Origin: Candidatus Saccharimonadales bacterium
GTDB lineage: Bacteria > Patescibacteriota > Saccharimonadia > Saccharimonadales > UBA10212
Assembly: GCA_035480715.1 (NCBI GenBank)
Contig: DATIHL010000007.1
Location: 5,828 to 69,827, forward strand
Length of the DNA: 64,000 bases
Reading direction: 5' to 3'
In this document: piece after piece, positions 55,089-63,007 of the stretch
How the letters are laid out: each line of letters opens with the position of its first letter
Numbering within the stretch: the first letter of the stretch is position 1
Made by a program: the position numbers and the translations under genes
The notes under the pieces: model-generated
The model's database searches: none
What the model saw: the letters and a program-made list of their open reading frames with translations, nothing else
Told to the model about the DNA's origin: nothing

Positions 55089-56438
55089 ATGAAGCCCTCT
55101 ACCACTGTTAACAAACTGGCGCTTCGACTGTCGCTACTCGTTGGTCTGATACTAGTGCTTCTGCCTTTCCACGCTTTTTTGACTGTTTGGCTGGATAGCT
55201 TAGTCGACCACTACACCATCTTGCGTTTATGGAAAGAATTCTTTCTGGCCGTCATCGTAGCCGGAGTTCTTTATATACTGGCTATTGATAAACCATTGCG
55301 GAAAGGGTTATTGTCGTTCTGGCCTGCCAGATTGATCGGCGTTTATACATTGGTACTGTTAATTTGGGGCGTTATAGCTCTGGCCAAACATGATGATACC
55401 GGCAAGGCTATGTGGTACGGGCTATTGGTCGATCTCAGGTTTTTGGTATTTTTCCTGGTTGTCTGGGTATTGGCGACAAAAACTTCTTGGCTGAAGGATA
55501 AATGGCAAAAATTTTTATTTGTACCGGCGATTTTTGTTGCTGCTTTTGCAATTTTGCAATATTTAGTTCTGCCTTATGATTTTTTAAAGGATTTTGGATA
55601 TGGCCCAGACACCATATTTCCCTATGAAACAATCAACCATAACATAAACCATTTGAGGGTTATGTCTACTCTACGTGGCGCCAATCCGCTTGGTGCTTAT
55701 TTGCTTTTGCCCATTTCGGCCTTAGCGGCCATGTATTTTAAGAAAGTTGGCAAAAAAACCGACAAACTGATGTTTGGTTTTGGTCTGTTGCTGGCTTTGG
55801 TTTTCAGCTTTTCGCGTAGCGCTTGGATAGGTGCCGGATTAAGTATTTTAATTATCGTTTGGTATTCGCTTAAGTCTGACAAAGCCAGAAAAATCATGCT
55901 TTTGATAATCGCGGGATTGATTATTGTCGCTAGCCTAATCGCTGTCGCTCTGCGTAATAATATTACCTTCGAGAATACTTTTTTACATACTGAGCACGCC
56001 TCAAAAGTACGTGTCAGTTCTAATGAGGCGCATGGCACGGCTTTTAAAAATGCGGCTAGAGATATTATCCATCAGCCGTGGGGTGAAGGTGTTGGTACGG
56101 CTGGCCCGGAGTCTATATACAATAACCACCCGGCGCGCATTGCCGAGAATTATTTCCTGCAAGTTGGTCAAGAGGCAGGCGTGCTTGGAATGGCCTTGTT
56201 TATCTCCATATGCGCGGCCGTTGGCAAACTACTTTGGGGTCGTAGGTCAGATCCATTGTCTTTATGGCTGTTTGCCAGCCTAGTCGGCATTACTTTTATA
56301 AACCTGCTTTCGCATGCCTGGACCGACGATACGCTAGCCTACATATGGTGGGGTTTGGCTGGAATTGCTTTAGCGCCTGCTATACTGACAGATATAAAAC
56401 ATAAGCAACATGAAAAAGCTCAACAAACGGCGCCGTAA
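55089..56438 (+). CDS. O-antigen ligase/polymerase-like polytopic membrane protein (second copy)
   Basis: 449 aa with about 11 TM helices and one large loop (..HTEHASKVRVSSNEAHGTAF..GEGVGTAGPES..). Confidence 0.6.
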   Translation: MKPSTTVNKLALRLSLLVGLILVLLPFHAFLTVWLDSLVDHYTILRLWKEFFLAVIVAGVLYILAIDKPLRKGLLSFWPARLIGVYTLVLLIWGVIALAKHDDTGKAMWYGLLVDLRFLVFFLVVWVLATKTSWLKDKWQKFLFVPAIFVAAFAILQYLVLPYDFLKDFGYGPDTIFPYETINHNINHLRVMSTLRGANPLGAYLLLPISALAAMYFKKVGKKTDKLMFGFGLLLALVFSFSRSAWIGAGLSILIIVWYSLKSDKARKIMLLIIAGLIIVASLIAVALRNNITFENTFLHTEHASKVRVSSNEAHGTAFKNAARDIIHQPWGEGVGTAGPESIYNNHPARIAENYFLQVGQEAGVLGMALFISICAAVGKLLWGRRSDPLSLWLFASLVGITFINLLSHAWTDDTLAYIWWGLAGIALAPAILTDIKHKQHEKAQQTAP

Positions 56439-56880
56439 GCTTCTAATCCAGTTTATAGAGTACATGATCAGTGGAGGGGCGTATTTTTGGAGCGGGTATG
56501 CGCTGTTTGCGTATCTTTGGTCGGGGCTGCATTGGAGCCTTTGGTGGGCTAAATTATCAGCCAATATTTTTGGCTGGACGATAAATTTTATCTTGCAGCG
56601 CTACTGGGTTTTTCGTAATCCGCACCTGAAGGGCAAGCTAGGCAGAGTCTCTACGCGCTTTATGATCATTACTTTGGTTGATTTTGTAATGGATTACTTT
56701 ATCATCTACGGTCTAAGGCACTATATCGGCTTGACGCCATACATCGGCCAGTTTGTTTCATCAGGCTTCTTTACGATTTGGAACTATCTTTGGTATCGTT
56801 TTTGGGTGTTTCCAGAAAGACTGCCAGCGCCTCACCACCCGGCCCGCAAACACGTCCGCCCTCATCATATGAAAGTTTAG
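56410..56880 (+). CDS. GtrA-family membrane protein
   Basis: 156 aa with 4 TM helices and the GtrA-like strings FIEYMISGG and NFILQRYWVF. It overlaps the upstream gene by 29 nt. Confidence 0.8.
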   Translation: MKKLNKRRRKLLIQFIEYMISGGAYFWSGYALFAYLWSGLHWSLWWAKLSANIFGWTINFILQRYWVFRNPHLKGKLGRVSTRFMIITLVDFVMDYFIIYGLRHYIGLTPYIGQFVSSGFFTIWNYLWYRFWVFPERLPAPHHPARKHVRPHHMKV

Positions 56881-56899
56881 CTATACTAAAGTAAGAATT

Positions 56900-57379
56900 A
56901 TGGACGAAAAAAACACTGTCCGTCCCACAAAAAAGCAGCGTGAATTGCTAACTTTTATTGAAGAGTTTATCGCCGCCAAGGGCTACAGCCCAAGCTACCG
57001 CGAAATTATGAAGGGGCTAGAATACAACTCTGTCGCCACAGTGGCGCTGCATGTAAATAATCTGATAAAACGAGGTCATCTGCAAAAGCGTGACCATTCT
57101 GCCCGGTCATTGGAAGTGGTTAAGCCTGTTGGGGTGGATGAATCCAAAGTTGTGCCAAAGCAGCTCAAAGCCTCCGAAGAAAAGTGGCTGGTAGAGAAAA
57201 TCGAGCTGTTTTTTAAAGAAGTAGAGGCCGCACCCAAAATTATCGAGCACGAACTCGACCAGCTCTATGTTTTGATTGGCGCCCTCAAAGTCTTAGGCGT
57301 AGAGGGCGCGGCCAATGCTTTTATAGCCCGCTTAACCGAACTTAAGAAAAAACAATCGCAGAACGAATACGTTACCTAA
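56900..57379 (+). CDS. LexA N-terminal DNA-binding-domain protein lacking the S24 peptidase domain
   Basis: 159 aa. KKQRELLTFIEEFIAAKGYSPSYREIMKGLEYNSVATVALHVNNLIKRGHLQK matches the LexA winged-helix pattern. The C-terminal ~80 aa are helical and carry no Ser/Lys dyad motifs. Confidence 0.7.
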   Translation: MDEKNTVRPTKKQRELLTFIEEFIAAKGYSPSYREIMKGLEYNSVATVALHVNNLIKRGHLQKRDHSARSLEVVKPVGVDESKVVPKQLKASEEKWLVEKIELFFKEVEAAPKIIEHELDQLYVLIGALKVLGVEGAANAFIARLTELKKKQSQNEYVT

Positions 57380-57543
57380 TAGCCTGAGCTTGTACCAGAG
57401 GTTCCGCTTTTATGGATAAAGGCGAAGTAAATTATAGCGTAGACCACTACAGCTACGATCACGTATATGACAACCCATTGCCGCATCGGTCTTTTGCCAT
57501 AGCTTTTGGTCGGCTTAGAATCTTCCGGATTTGGTTCGTCCAT
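57376..57543 (-). CDS. small single-TM protein (55 aa)
   Basis: Not in the track. The hand translation is MDEPNPEDSKPTKSYGKRPMRQWVVIYVIVAVVVYAIIYFAFIHKSGTSGTSSGY. It lies directly downstream of the 71-aa gene and its stop overlaps the LexA-like stop by 4 nt (convergent). Confidence 0.45.
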   Translation of the reverse strand: MDEPNPEDSKPTKSYGKRPMRQWVVIYVIVAVVVYAIIYFAFIHKSGTSGTSSGY

Positions 57544-57545
57544 TG

Positions 57546-57761
57546 CTACTTAACGATTAACCAGATGACAATGATGATGACAACAACGACTGCGCCCCAC
57601 ATTAGCCATTTTTTCATTTGGTCGTTACCACCTGCAGATGAAGCCGGTTTTGGTGGAGATATCGGTGCTGCACCTGGAGTTTCTGGTGCTGGCGGAGGAG
57701 CTGGAGCTTCCGGAGCTGGTGCCGCTGGCGGTGTTTGTGTTGGTGGTGTCTGTGGATCCAT
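57546..57761 (-). CDS. small Pro/Ala-rich protein with a C-terminal TM helix (71 aa)
   Basis: The P/A-rich N-terminus is MDPQTPPTQTPPAAPAPEAPAPPPAPE. It is followed by KKWLMWGAVVVVIIIVIWLIVK. Confidence 0.5.
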   Translation of the reverse strand: MDPQTPPTQTPPAAPAPEAPAPPPAPETPGAAPISPPKPASSAGGNDQMKKWLMWGAVVVVIIIVIWLIVK

Positions 57762-57808
57762 AAATTCCCTCGAGTTAATTTATATGCTTATTCTAACACG
57801 GCTTAGGT

Positions 57809-58660
57809 TTAAGCAAAGTGAATTATCATGATCAAGCCGACGACTAAACAGTATATGGCGAAGGGCATTAAGGTATTGGTCTTAAAATAGCGGGTCAAGA
57901 ACTTAACCGAGAAATAGGCTGCAAACCCGGCCGCAATACTACCAACTAGTACCTGGCCGCGTATGCCGGCGCCGTTTGGGCCCAGTAGATCCGGCAATTT
58001 ATAAACGCCAGCGCCCAAAATGATAGGTGTAGCCAGAAGGAATGAAAAATGAGCGGCATCTTCATGGCTAAGGCCTCGTACCAAGCCCGCCACCATAGTG
58101 ATACCGGAGCGGCTGATACCGGCGAGCAGCGCAAAAACTTGGGCAGTTCCGATTATGCCAGCCTCTTTATACTCAAAATTGGATAATGACCGCTTAGCTT
58201 GCTTTTTAAGGGCAGCTTTGCGGTATTGCTCGCCAGCAAGCAGGATCAAGCCGTTGATAGTCAGGAAAATAGCCGCTGCCAAAGGCTTAGCAAAAACAGT
58301 TCTAAACTTATGCTCAAAAATCAGACCCATGAGACCGGCTGGAATCGTCGCCACAATTATCAGCCACGTTAACCTCTCGTTTGGTGTTTCAGCCCGGCGT
58401 TTTTTTAGCGTGGCAAAAAAACTTTTAATAATTTTGGCCCAAGTTTTACGGTAAAAGATGATTAAGGCTATAGCGGTTGCACAGTGTAGACCAACTAAAA
58501 ATGCCAGATATTTGGACTCGCTGGCCGATTCGCTGGTGACGATATTATTCCAACCAACCAATTTCGGCAGAATTACGGAGTGACCCAAACTGGAAATAGG
58601 AAAAAGCTCAGTAACTCCTTGTACTAGGCCAAGAATAATAGCTTGAAAAAAGCTAATCAC
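57809..58660 (-). CDS. uppP: undecaprenyl-diphosphate phosphatase
   Basis: 283 aa with the UppP/BacA signatures TELFPISSLGHS and GISRSG. Confidence 0.93.
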   Translation of the reverse strand: MISFFQAIILGLVQGVTELFPISSLGHSVILPKLVGWNNIVTSESASESKYLAFLVGLHCATAIALIIFYRKTWAKIIKSFFATLKKRRAETPNERLTWLIIVATIPAGLMGLIFEHKFRTVFAKPLAAAIFLTINGLILLAGEQYRKAALKKQAKRSLSNFEYKEAGIIGTAQVFALLAGISRSGITMVAGLVRGLSHEDAAHFSFLLATPIILGAGVYKLPDLLGPNGAGIRGQVLVGSIAAGFAAYFSVKFLTRYFKTNTLMPFAIYCLVVGLIMIIHFA

Positions 58661-58681
58661 TAAACAAGTATAGCAGTTGGA

Positions 58682-59086
58682 CTAGCGCCAAGCGGCGAGC
58701 AATCCACCATTGATGAGCAGTACTACTAAGAAGTAACCGGTATTAATCTTCCAAAGCGCCCAAGAGCGTCCTTCAAAGACAATATTGACGGCTGCTACCA
58801 CTGCTACGAAGGCTACCCACAACCAAAAACCTGTAACTAGACCCTTCCAAAAAGTGGTTGAACCGGCATAAACCACAAAATGCGCCAAGATCCAGGATTG
58901 AATAAGCGCACCAACCGCAGCTACACCATAGCCTGTGCCGCCGCCGCTCATATCCTCTAGCTTGCGACCTGTTAGCTTTGCCCACTCTTTACCGAACAGA
59001 CCTTTGGAGTACCAGATTGACCCCACACCCATATTAATGACGGCCGCTACAATGACGGCTGTCCATTTAATGTCCACGCTCGGCAT
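58682..59086 (-). CDS. DUF1761-family membrane protein
   Basis: 134 aa with 4 TM helices. The opening ..AVIVAAVINMGVGSIWYSKGLFGKEWAKLTG matches the DUF1761 pattern. Confidence 0.65.
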   Translation of the reverse strand: MPSVDIKWTAVIVAAVINMGVGSIWYSKGLFGKEWAKLTGRKLEDMSGGGTGYGVAAVGALIQSWILAHFVVYAGSTTFWKGLVTGFWLWVAFVAVVAAVNIVFEGRSWALWKINTGYFLVVLLINGGLLAAWR

Positions 59087-59214
59087 GATAAAACTCTCCC
59101 CTAGTTAATACTTTATATCTAACCTCGCTGAGACTGAAATTACAATAGTAGGGGTCTGGCTGTGCATAAAATTCTTGGAGGTATATAATCAAAAACAGCT
59201 AAAAGCTTTCTCTT

Positions 59215-60648
59215 ATGAGCTCTACAAAGAATACAGTTTTAAAAACTGCCACTAAAAAACCTAAGGCGCCGGTTTTTGATGTCCGCGAGCACATTGTCGG
59301 CATAGATACCAAGGTGCCGGTTTTAAATGGCAAGCTTTTACCATACGTAAATTTTGATAATGCCGCCAGCACTCCAAGTCTGCGTGAAGTTCTGCAAACA
59401 ATTAACGATTTTATGCCTTGGTATAGTTCAGTGCACCGAGGCACGGGTTTTAAAAGTCTGGTTTCAACCGAGACTTATGAACAATCACGCCGAGTCGTGG
59501 CTGATTTTTTCGGTGCCAACTCGCGCGAGCACATTGTGATATTCGGCAAAAACTCCACCGAAGCGCTTAATAAACTATCTTATCGGCTGGATTTAAAAAA
59601 AGACGATATAGTGCTTGTCTCGCTGCTGGAGCATCACAGTAACGACCTGCCGTGGCGTCGGCAAGCTCAGATCCGACGCATTAAAATAGATAGTTTTGGC
59701 AGGTTAGACGAAAATCACTTGGACCAATTGTTAAAAGACTACAAGGGTAGGGTAAAGCTGGTGGCAGTCACGGGCGGCTCCAACGTTACTGGCCATGTAC
59801 CCAATATCCACCGGCTGGCCAAGAAAGCTCACGCTCATGGAGCCCAGATATTGGTTGATTGCGCGCAGCTTGCACCCCACCGCAGGATTGACATTAAAGA
59901 ACTAAAAGACCCTACTCATCTGGATTACATTGTAATTTCGGCCCACAAAATGTACGCGCCCTTTGGCACTGGAGCGCTTATTGGCAGGAGGGATACATTC
60001 GAGACCGGCGCACCAGAGCTATGCGGCGGCGGCACAATCGATCTAGTAACTACCAACAAGGTTGAGTGGACAAGCCTGCCCGACCGCGACGAAGCCGGCT
60101 CGCCGAATGTGGTCGGAGCGATGGCATTAGCAGCTTCACTGCGCTTTTTAGATAAAATCGGCATGCAGGCTGTAGCTGCACATGAAGCTGATCTAACCAC
60201 TTATGCTCTGGAGAAACTGGCCCAGATAGACAAGCTCGAAATTTTTGGCGAGATAGACCCGAGTAATGCCGCCAGTCGATTGGGAGTCATACCATTTACA
60301 GTTAAAGGCCTTAAACACTCGAAGGTTTCGGCTATTTTGGGTACCGAATGGGGAATTGGTGTCCGGTCAGGCTGTTTTTGTGCTCATCCATATGTGACGC
60401 GCCTACTCAACCTAAACAGGCAAGATGTAAACAAGTTCGGCTACGAAGTCCTGCACGGCGATAAGAGGTTCATGCCCGGGTTGGTACGTATCAGCTTTGG
60501 TATGTATAACACCAAAGCTGAAGTGGATTATTTAGTTAATGCACTATCAGCCATTGCTTCGAGCAACTATCAGGGCAAATATACCCAAGACATCAAAACC
60601 GGCGAATACCAAGTCGCTGGCTGGCATCCCAAAATAAGCTTCTTCTAG
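59215..60648 (+). CDS. aminotransferase class V (cysteine-desulfurase-like, PLP-dependent)
   Basis: 477 aa. The PLP-lysine context is SAHKMYAPFGTGALIG. HHSN and ..VTGGSNVTG.. are class V-typical. Confidence 0.8.
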   Translation: MSSTKNTVLKTATKKPKAPVFDVREHIVGIDTKVPVLNGKLLPYVNFDNAASTPSLREVLQTINDFMPWYSSVHRGTGFKSLVSTETYEQSRRVVADFFGANSREHIVIFGKNSTEALNKLSYRLDLKKDDIVLVSLLEHHSNDLPWRRQAQIRRIKIDSFGRLDENHLDQLLKDYKGRVKLVAVTGGSNVTGHVPNIHRLAKKAHAHGAQILVDCAQLAPHRRIDIKELKDPTHLDYIVISAHKMYAPFGTGALIGRRDTFETGAPELCGGGTIDLVTTNKVEWTSLPDRDEAGSPNVVGAMALAASLRFLDKIGMQAVAAHEADLTTYALEKLAQIDKLEIFGEIDPSNAASRLGVIPFTVKGLKHSKVSAILGTEWGIGVRSGCFCAHPYVTRLLNLNRQDVNKFGYEVLHGDKRFMPGLVRISFGMYNTKAEVDYLVNALSAIASSNYQGKYTQDIKTGEYQVAGWHPKISFF

Positions 60649-60899
60649 CTTAAACCTAAAGCCGCATCAATGCGGGGCTTGTCAAAGCCTAGAATATGTT
60701 CTTCTTTACCGTCTTCGTGGGTGATGTGCGTACAGGGGACACCCATGTTGCCGCAGGTATCAACGAACTCCTGAATCTTATCCGGCTGCCTATCAAGTAG
60801 GATTTCTTCGAACTCAATACCCTTGCTTTTAAGGTAATTTTTCTCCATATAACAATATGGGCAAGTTGTCGTCGAATATACCGTAATTTTTTTAGCCAT
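60645..60899 (-). CDS. glutaredoxin/NrdH-like small redoxin
   Basis: 84 aa with ITVYSTTTCPYCYMEKNYLKSKGIEFEEI, which contains the CPYC active site. Confidence 0.85.
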   Translation of the reverse strand: MAKKITVYSTTTCPYCYMEKNYLKSKGIEFEEILLDRQPDKIQEFVDTCGNMGVPCTHITHEDGKEEHILGFDKPRIDAALGLS

Positions 60900-60911
60900 A
60901 AACTGATTATA

Positions 60912-61175
60912 TCAGTCTTCGGCGGCGTACATCTCTTCCACGGGGCCAGTATGATGTTGAAGCATCTCTACATTGTCGGTACGGCTCAAAAGATCATCTT
61001 TATCCTCAAAAACCTGATCATCCGGGAAGGCATGGTAAAAATCCAGTACGGTTTTAGGTGCTCGCTTTTGTAGAGCTAAATCAGTCAGTTGTTTAACGGT
61101 AATAGGGTAGGAGGGTACCTTAGTAATCAACGAATGCAGATCAGTCAATGTTGGCTGGTCTTCAAGTAAAATCAT
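60912..61175 (-). CDS. DUF2795-like small protein
   Basis: 87 aa. YPITVKQLTDLALQKRAPKTVLDFYHAFPDDQVFEDKDDL fits the DUF2795 pattern. Confidence 0.55.
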   Translation of the reverse strand: MILLEDQPTLTDLHSLITKVPSYPITVKQLTDLALQKRAPKTVLDFYHAFPDDQVFEDKDDLLSRTDNVEMLQHHTGPVEEMYAAED

Positions 61176-61250
61176 AGGCTACCTCCTCTATATAACCACT
61201 ATCCATTATCGTACAGAGGTAGTAGTTAGGCTGTGACTTTATTCACAGTT

Positions 61251-61934
61251 TTAGCCGAGTTGGTAGCCAGGGAAGTAATCGGTTTTGACACGTTCGGGAT
61301 TAACTTCTAAGCCTTCCAGCATGTGCTGATAGGTTTCCACCATGGGCCTCGGCCCTGAAATATAGAAGATAGCTTTTTCATCTGGCAGGTATTTTTCAAC
61401 ATCTTTAGCAGCAATTCTTTGATCACCTACAAATTTAATCACCTTAAACTCCGGGTGCTCGGCTTCAAATTCGGCGAATAAATCGCCAAAGACAAAATTC
61501 TGGTCGCGGTTGGCATATAGCAAATCAATATTTAGCGGCTTTTCATCGTGGTCGAGCTGCAATATTTGTGAATGATAGGGAGTAATTCCGATTCCACCGG
61601 CAATCATAATGTGGCGGCTGGCATCTGGCTCCAGCAGAAAATCGCCGCGCGGCTCACCAGCCTCAATTGCTGTGCCTTCCTTGAGTTGCAGTAGAGCCCT
61701 TTTGAATGTGCTACTACGTTTAGTATCAAACCGGGTCGTTAGCTGAATATGTTTCTCAAAAGGAGCGGCCGAGATAGTAAACCAACGTTCTACACCTCTA
61801 TCATCCACCTCCGGATGAGGCAATTCATAGTGGAGGTATTGCCCGGGCTGCCATGTTACTTTTTTGTCCGGTTCAAAAATAAACGAATAGACATTCTCGA
61901 TCTCTTTTTTCTTACCGACAAACCTCAGTTTCAT
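61251..61934 (-). CDS. ferredoxin-NADP reductase-like FAD/NAD(P)-binding oxidoreductase
   Basis: 227 aa with the FAD-binding R.FTIS motif (RWFTISAAP) and the NAD(P)-binding GGIGITP. Confidence 0.75.
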   Translation of the reverse strand: MKLRFVGKKKEIENVYSFIFEPDKKVTWQPGQYLHYELPHPEVDDRGVERWFTISAAPFEKHIQLTTRFDTKRSSTFKRALLQLKEGTAIEAGEPRGDFLLEPDASRHIMIAGGIGITPYHSQILQLDHDEKPLNIDLLYANRDQNFVFGDLFAEFEAEHPEFKVIKFVGDQRIAAKDVEKYLPDEKAIFYISGPRPMVETYQHMLEGLEVNPERVKTDYFPGYQLG

Positions 61935-61952
61935 AAAACAATCTTACCACTG

Positions 61953-61982
61953 TGTGAATACTTAACTTGTTAAGCATTCACA
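61953..61982. repeat. member of the TACTTAAC/GTTAAGTA palindrome family (14-bp arms, one mismatch)
   Basis: TGTGAATACTTAAC-TT-GTTAAGCATTCACA covers the stop codon of the yjbQ-like gene (61970-61972). Confidence 0.8.
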
Positions 61983-62353
61983 ACAGCTAGGTTAATTTGG
62001 CGGGTGCGTGGGCCGTCGAGTTCGACCAGAATTATGCGTTGCCAGGTACCTAGCTGCAGTTTTCCCTGTTCGAACGGCACATTAACATCCGGACCAATTA
62101 TTGAAGACAATAAATGAGATGGCGCGTGCTCTGGATTGTGTGGGTGGCGCCATTTTATATTGGGCGTTATAGCTTTGAGCATGTCTAGAAAATCTAAATC
62201 AGTACCAGGATCGAGGTCAGCTGTAGTGATAGCACACGTAGTATGCATCACAAAGATATTAACCAACCCCGAACCGTCTGGCAGATTCTTCTTAACCTCG
62301 TCAGTAATATCTATAATCTGGCGGTTTTGTTGGGTAGTTACATCAATGACCAT
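61970..62353 (-). CDS. yjbQ: YjbQ/UPF0047-family protein (secondary thiamine-phosphate synthase-like)
   Basis: 127 aa with HTTCAITT..D......D, PHNPEHAPSHLLSSIIG and LGTWQRIILVELDGPR, which are family-typical strings. Confidence 0.8.
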   Translation of the reverse strand: MVIDVTTQQNRQIIDITDEVKKNLPDGSGLVNIFVMHTTCAITTADLDPGTDLDFLDMLKAITPNIKWRHPHNPEHAPSHLLSSIIGPDVNVPFEQGKLQLGTWQRIILVELDGPRTRQINLAVVNA

Positions 62354-62380
62354 AATCTTATAATATAGATAGGTAGATTC

Positions 62381-63007
62381 ATGGCTGTAAAATTTTTTGG
62401 TAGGAAAAATCTAAAATTCTGGCTAGCTGGAATTGCCGGACTGGTGTTAGGTGTGCTAATAATTTTGGCAATTCGCTTTTTTACATACAACGCCAACCAC
62501 GTTCATTATCATGCCAATTTTGCCGTTTATATTGACGGGCAGAGAGAGCAGTTTAAAGGGGCTAGCTATTACGAAGAAGAAACCGCCTGCAAAGCCGGTG
62601 ATAACATTGCGCCGGCTGATCGCGCGCATATGCACGATAACATTAATGATGTTGTGCACGTTCATGACCGTGCAGTTACATGGGAGCAATTCTTTAATAA
62701 TCTAGGCTGGAGTGTTGGTGGTGACTTTATAGAAACCCGAGATACTCTGTATCAAAACAATGATAGAAGCATCCTGCATATAACCCTAAATGGCCAGGAT
62801 CTGACCGGGATTAGTTCTATCGCTAACAAGGTCATTGGCGACAGAGACAAATTATTACTCGATTATGGGCCCACAGACTCACAGATTAAGCAGGAATATA
62901 ATGCAATCCCCAGCACAGCTATCCAACACGACCAAGAAAACGACCCGGCCAGCTGCAGCGGTCCAACCAGTACGACATTCTCAGATCGATTACATCATCT
63001 TTTCTAA
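62381..63007 (+). CDS. membrane-anchored hypothetical protein with His-rich motifs
   Basis: 208 aa with an N-terminal TM helix (FWLAGIAGLVLGVLIILAI). The His clusters HVHYHANFAVYIDG and HMHDNINDVVHVHD suggest metal binding. Confidence 0.6.
   Translation: MAVKFFGRKNLKFWLAGIAGLVLGVLIILAIRFFTYNANHVHYHANFAVYIDGQREQFKGASYYEEETACKAGDNIAPADRAHMHDNINDVVHVHDRAVTWEQFFNNLGWSVGGDFIETRDTLYQNNDRSILHITLNGQDLTGISSIANKVIGDRDKLLLDYGPTDSQIKQEYNAIPSTAIQHDQENDPASCSGPTSTTFSDRLHHLF

Noticed and set aside
57412-57831. 139-aa plus-strand ORF with a Gly/Ala-rich C-terminus
   Set aside because: It is the mirror image of the Pro/Ala-rich 71-aa gene and overlaps the uppP 3' end. The minus-strand small ORFs have cleaner head-plus-TM architecture and tight spacing behind uppP.
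61176-61250. Short hairpin CTGTGA-CTTTAT-TCACAG followed by TTTT near 61232-61253
   Set aside because: The T-run follows the hairpin only on the plus strand, where no gene ends. The 6-bp stem is too weak to call a terminator for the minus-strand genes.
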